Source: Heptranchias perlo (taxonomy: Eukaryota). Taken from it: a stretch of DNA of 64,000 bases. A model generated the notes under the pieces. It did no database searches and was not told the DNA's origin. It saw only the letters and a program-made list of their open reading frames with translations. Position 1 is the stretch's first letter; each line of letters starts with the position of its first letter. Where the stretch lies: the NCBI RefSeq assembly GCF_035084215.1, contig NC_090363.1, positions 2,666,001-2,730,000 on the forward strand, given 5' to 3'. The translations under genes and the position numbers were made by a program. Of this stretch, positions 59,707 through 64,000 are shown one piece after another.

Positions 59707-62700
59707 CAGAGCGATAGACTGTTTGATCCGCCCCCTGTGCATCAGTGCTGTATAATTGCAAAAAAAAAACCCATGCAACAAAAAGACAAACTGTACGCTG
59801 CAGAAGGCGGGGGTACAAGAGCTGGAAACGGGCATTCCTCTCTGCTCAGTGGCACCCGCCCCCCCCACCCCTCCCCGGTTCCATAGCAGTGATGTTACAA
59901 CGCAGACACCGACACATTAGTCCAGCACAGTCATTTTACTTTCATTGTTATGTAGACGCTTGGTCGTTCTTTCTCTGTGAGAGAGAGGGGGAAATGGTCA
60001 TGTAAATCTCATCGATTTATTGATTTCTCACATTCTAAAGGGCAAGATCAATAAAGCTTTTTGTACTTTTAAACTTCAACGTGTCCAGACGCTCTTCTAA
60101 AGCAGTGTCTGGTCACCTGCCGATTTGTCACTTAGCATAGCATCTGCTTTACCGTATAATCTGTAATGTAGGGCACCCGTGATTTCCTGGTCCCCTTGGA
60201 CATGGTCTGAAGTGTACTTGAGGGTGTGACGTATACCGGATTCCTGTAGTAATTGGGATTGGATTGAGCTTCCTAGCTCAGTGTTACCAACCCTTCACGG
60301 CTTATTGATCTCGCCATTTTTTTGTGCGCGAGAAATCAATAAATTAACAAAATCTCAAGTGTTGGCAACCGTATCAGTCCAGCTTTGTTGTAGCCATTGG
60401 TCCAAATCTGAACTTGGGCGTCCCCTCCCAATTAAAGACAGAAGTTCAGATTCTTGGCAAGCCTTGGAACTCGGCTCAGCCCTGAACCAGCCCAAAGTGT
60501 TCAATATAAAAAAATCTTTATTTATAACTTTAAAGCGGCAGGATGAGAGATTTATGTGACCGTTTCCCCCTCTCTCTGAGCTGCAGTAATTTCTCCCCCT
60601 TGTCCTCCGTATTGAACTGTCTTCACTGACTGGAGGAGGTGATGGTACTCGCCTGGAGGTTTTTAAAAAAAACTCTGTCCCCATCACCTCGTGTAAAATG
60701 GAGGTGGGGGGGGGAATTGGCATCGGAGATTAGAATAAATGTGAAATTAATACTAATTGCTCTGTCACTAGATCAAGATGGGTACAGCCAGGAGTAGACT
60801 AGTGACGAGAGGGCTGGGCCAGAGAATGCATTCTGACGCCAGCACTGCAGTTAGGAAGCATCTTCTGCAGGCTTGCGTTGTATATAATATGTGATAAGTA
60901 GATTTTCTCTCTTTTTTAAAAGTTTTTATTATGTTAATGGAGCAAGTGAACTCTGGTAGTTGCTGTGGTCAGTGGATCCACAGTATTGGTTTGGGTGCCC
61001 TGAATTGGTTTGTGCCGATCAGAGCCCTCAGATGGTAGCACGGTCAATATTGGGCAAATTGCAGCGTGAGGAAATTCTGGACACCAACCCGTTCCCTCCC
61101 GCTTACTCAACCTCGGAGCCAACAATCTAACCAACCGGTTCTCTCTTTTTTTTTTGCGCTCCCTCTACCAATCTTTGGGTTTTAACTGATCACCTGGCTT
61201 TAACGGCAGGTACCGGTGATCTGATGGGGGAGAGGGGAGTTACCGAGCTCCTGGGCGCTGGAAGCACCCACAAATCCTCATCCTTCCCTGAATCAAGGGC
61301 TGTAATGACTCGGCAACTTCACTCCACCAGTTACTCCAGCCAGTGAAGGCTCGTCGCTCAAACAAAGCAAAAAATACCATTTAAAAAAATAAATAAACCG
61401 GCTTTCCCCCGCCCGACACCACGCCCGCGGCGGTGATGTGGCACAGTCCTCAGCCGTTCAGCCCCGGTGACTCCTGGCCTGTGCCGTGTTAGCTGAGCTG
61501 AAACAGCAGTTAGGGCCTTGTGGCCTTCGCACCGGGGGAAGGAATGTACCCCACCGCTCGCACCCGCGTGCAAACGGCAAGGAGTGTCGGTTAAACATTA
61601 ATCCTTTGTAGCTTTTGTTTTGAAAGAGGAGCTGATGGGGACCCTCCCTCTTTCCACTAACACAGCTGCTGGGCTAGGTTTACTGCTAAAGTGTCACTGA
61701 AATAAAATGCGAAATCCCAAATCAAAAATGTTTTTTTAAATTTTAGCTTATTCTGCCTTTACTTCTCTTTTTTTATATTTTCTAATTTTTTTATCGATTT
61801 TTTAAACCGTTTTAAAGCATATTTTATTTATTTTTATTATAATTTCCTCCCTCCCTCCCTCTCCGCCTTGACTAAAACGGCCTCATTAAAAATCCTTCTC
61901 CGATTGGTTGAAAAACTGTTTTGACTTCTTGTCTTTTGTTTTTAGCCAACCAGGAGTTGGATTGCTTAAAATTTGGCCCAATCGCCTTGACCAAGCAACT
62001 CTTTTGATTGGCTCTGTTAATTGCAGGAGCTGCAAAGGACCCAATAAGATCGCTTGCAGGCCGGTCAGGTAGAAGCAATGAAAATGAGTTCGCTCAATCA
62101 TGGTTTCCTTGGGAGGGTTTGCGTGGGGGGGAGGGGGAGGGAGGGTTTATTTAATTTCTGCTCTCTCTCTCCCACTTTGGGGTTCAGCTGATGCGACCTG
62201 TCCAGTTTTTTCCCGGGTCAGGAGGTGGGTGCTATCTCTCTCACCCCCCCCCCAGTACACTCACCTGTCCAGATTCCCCCGGGTCAGGAGGTGGGTGCTA
62301 TCTCTCTCACCCCCCCCCCCAGTACACTCACCTGTCCAGTACACGTTTTAGAACCAGATCAGTACCTTGTTAAATGGGAGACCGTAGGCATAGACAGAAG
62401 GCTTTGCCAGTCTAACCATTCTATGCACTTCCATTATAAATTGTATATGTAATCCGATAATTATGTGAAGCTCTAAATGATTCCAAAGGGGTTTAGGTAT
62501 GAAGAGCCTTTTTATAGCCTGTTTTAACCTTGGGGGGTGGGGTGGTGTTTGTTCCCATCTTGTAAGAAGGTTATTTAGAATTACACCGATAATCTTGCAA
62601 CACAGCTTGTTAAACTAACATGCAGTCAGTTTTTCACTCCCGAATCCTCCCCAGGGAATCACCAGCAATCGAAGGGTTAATTGATCTTTGACTAATTCCA

Positions 62701-64000
62701 AACACTTGCATTTTTGCTATGTACAAAGTCCTATTTTTATTTAGTTTTTGCAGTGAGATCCAGCCGTTTGCATTGTGATTTTAACCCCCTATCTTTTGTT
62801 TTCAAGTATCTCCCTGCAGCCTAGCTCCCGCTCTTCCGGACGGGCAGCCTGCTTCCAGGCCTCTGGCAGTCGGCCATCAGGATGGCCCAGGTTGATTCTT
62901 CCCCTTCTCCCCGTGGGGAAATATATGGCCTTCCCCTTGGTATCGCTGCCCCAGCACAGGTCAAACAACTTGCTGTGTGCGGGAACTCGGGACCCCCCAT
63001 ATGAATTATGGAATAGAATCTTATAGCGCAGAAGGAGGCCATTCTGCCCACCGTGCCTGTGCCGGTCCTTTGAAAGAGCTATCCAATTAGCTCCACTCCC
63101 CCCTGCCCTTTCCCCAAAGCCCTGCAAATTTCTCCCCTTTGAGTATATATCTGATTCCCTTTTGCAGAACTTGTCATGATTCCTGATATACTCTACAACA
63201 TTACCCACTGATAGTTGTTAATGCAACCACTGTGAAATGTGTCGTACACAAGTGACCTATTTTTTAGCGTTCCAATTTGTATTAAGACACAGGATTCCAC
63301 CCCCACCTCACCTGGGAAACACTGGGGGGTGAAATTGGGCGTGGGGCGCAAAACAGGTTAGAAGCTTAGAAGGTGGCCAGTCGATGTGTTGTTTTCAGTA
63401 ACTGTACAAAGCACAGGACTTTAGCAGCTGCCTGAACTCAAACAAGGCCTGTTTACTTCAGTTCACTAGAGCTGGAAGGTGGGCGCTTTGTATGATAGGG
63501 GAAGCAGTGTACAGCCCATCTTTGGAATACCTCCCAAGGACTCGAGTTTGTAAATAGAGTTTAAATAAAAATTGTGAGACTTTGTTAATAACTGAAATGT
63601 AAAAAAAAAAGAAAAATGTTCTTGTATTTTCTTACTGCGAAAAGCAACGAAATAAAAGAATTTTAAAATGATTGGTTGTCAGCTAAGGCACGAACATTAG
63701 GGCGATTGTAAAACCTGCTTCGAGGTTGTTTTGAGCCAGGGATAAATGGAACTGATCACTTGACCCAAGTCTGATTCAGACCCTTAATAGGAAGTGGGGG
63801 GGGTGGGGTGGGTATGGGTATGGGTGGGGGGGTGTCCGTATTGAATTTCTTTTAATATACAAATTTTACGAAGCCTGTTCTAAGTGGTTGGGGCCCAACC
63901 TCATCGACAGAGCATGCCCAAAATACAATTGGTCCGATGCCTGTGGGTCGATGGGGACCTGTATTGTCGTATCTGTTTTCAGTGGTGCCGGCCCGGGATA

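Noticed and set aside
62205-62340. Two-copy tandem duplication of about 67 bp
   Set aside because: Simple local duplication with no functional signal.

Overview
Vertebrate genomic DNA, most likely from a cartilaginous fish (inferred from dense CR1/L2 LINE fragments and Deu-domain SINEs). Most long ORFs in the track are artefacts of minisatellites or decayed LINEs; the real genes appear only when splice sites are read. (1) A butyrophilin-like gene on + (about 3.5-36.5 kb): putative non-coding exon 1 with an ISRE, then signal peptide, IgV, IgC and TM exons, twelve consecutive 27-nt phase-1 micro-exons alternating between two types (18-residue period), and a B30.2/PRY-SPRY exon. The assembled CDS is 1674 nt (557 aa). 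(2) CENP-A (centromeric histone H3) on +, four coding exons from 52335 to 59706, 161 aa, ending ...[11 protein letters not shown]. (3) Between them, an unannotated candidate unit: a CRE/RFX-motif promoter and non-coding exon at about 39.7-39.96 kb, plus an exon at 44209 with its own ATG, stop and AATAAA. It encodes a 135-aa Arg/Lys/Pro-rich protein resembling an expanded CENP-A tail, and could also splice in frame into CENP-A. The rest is LINEs, SINEs, MITEs and minisatellites, several of which show informative histories.
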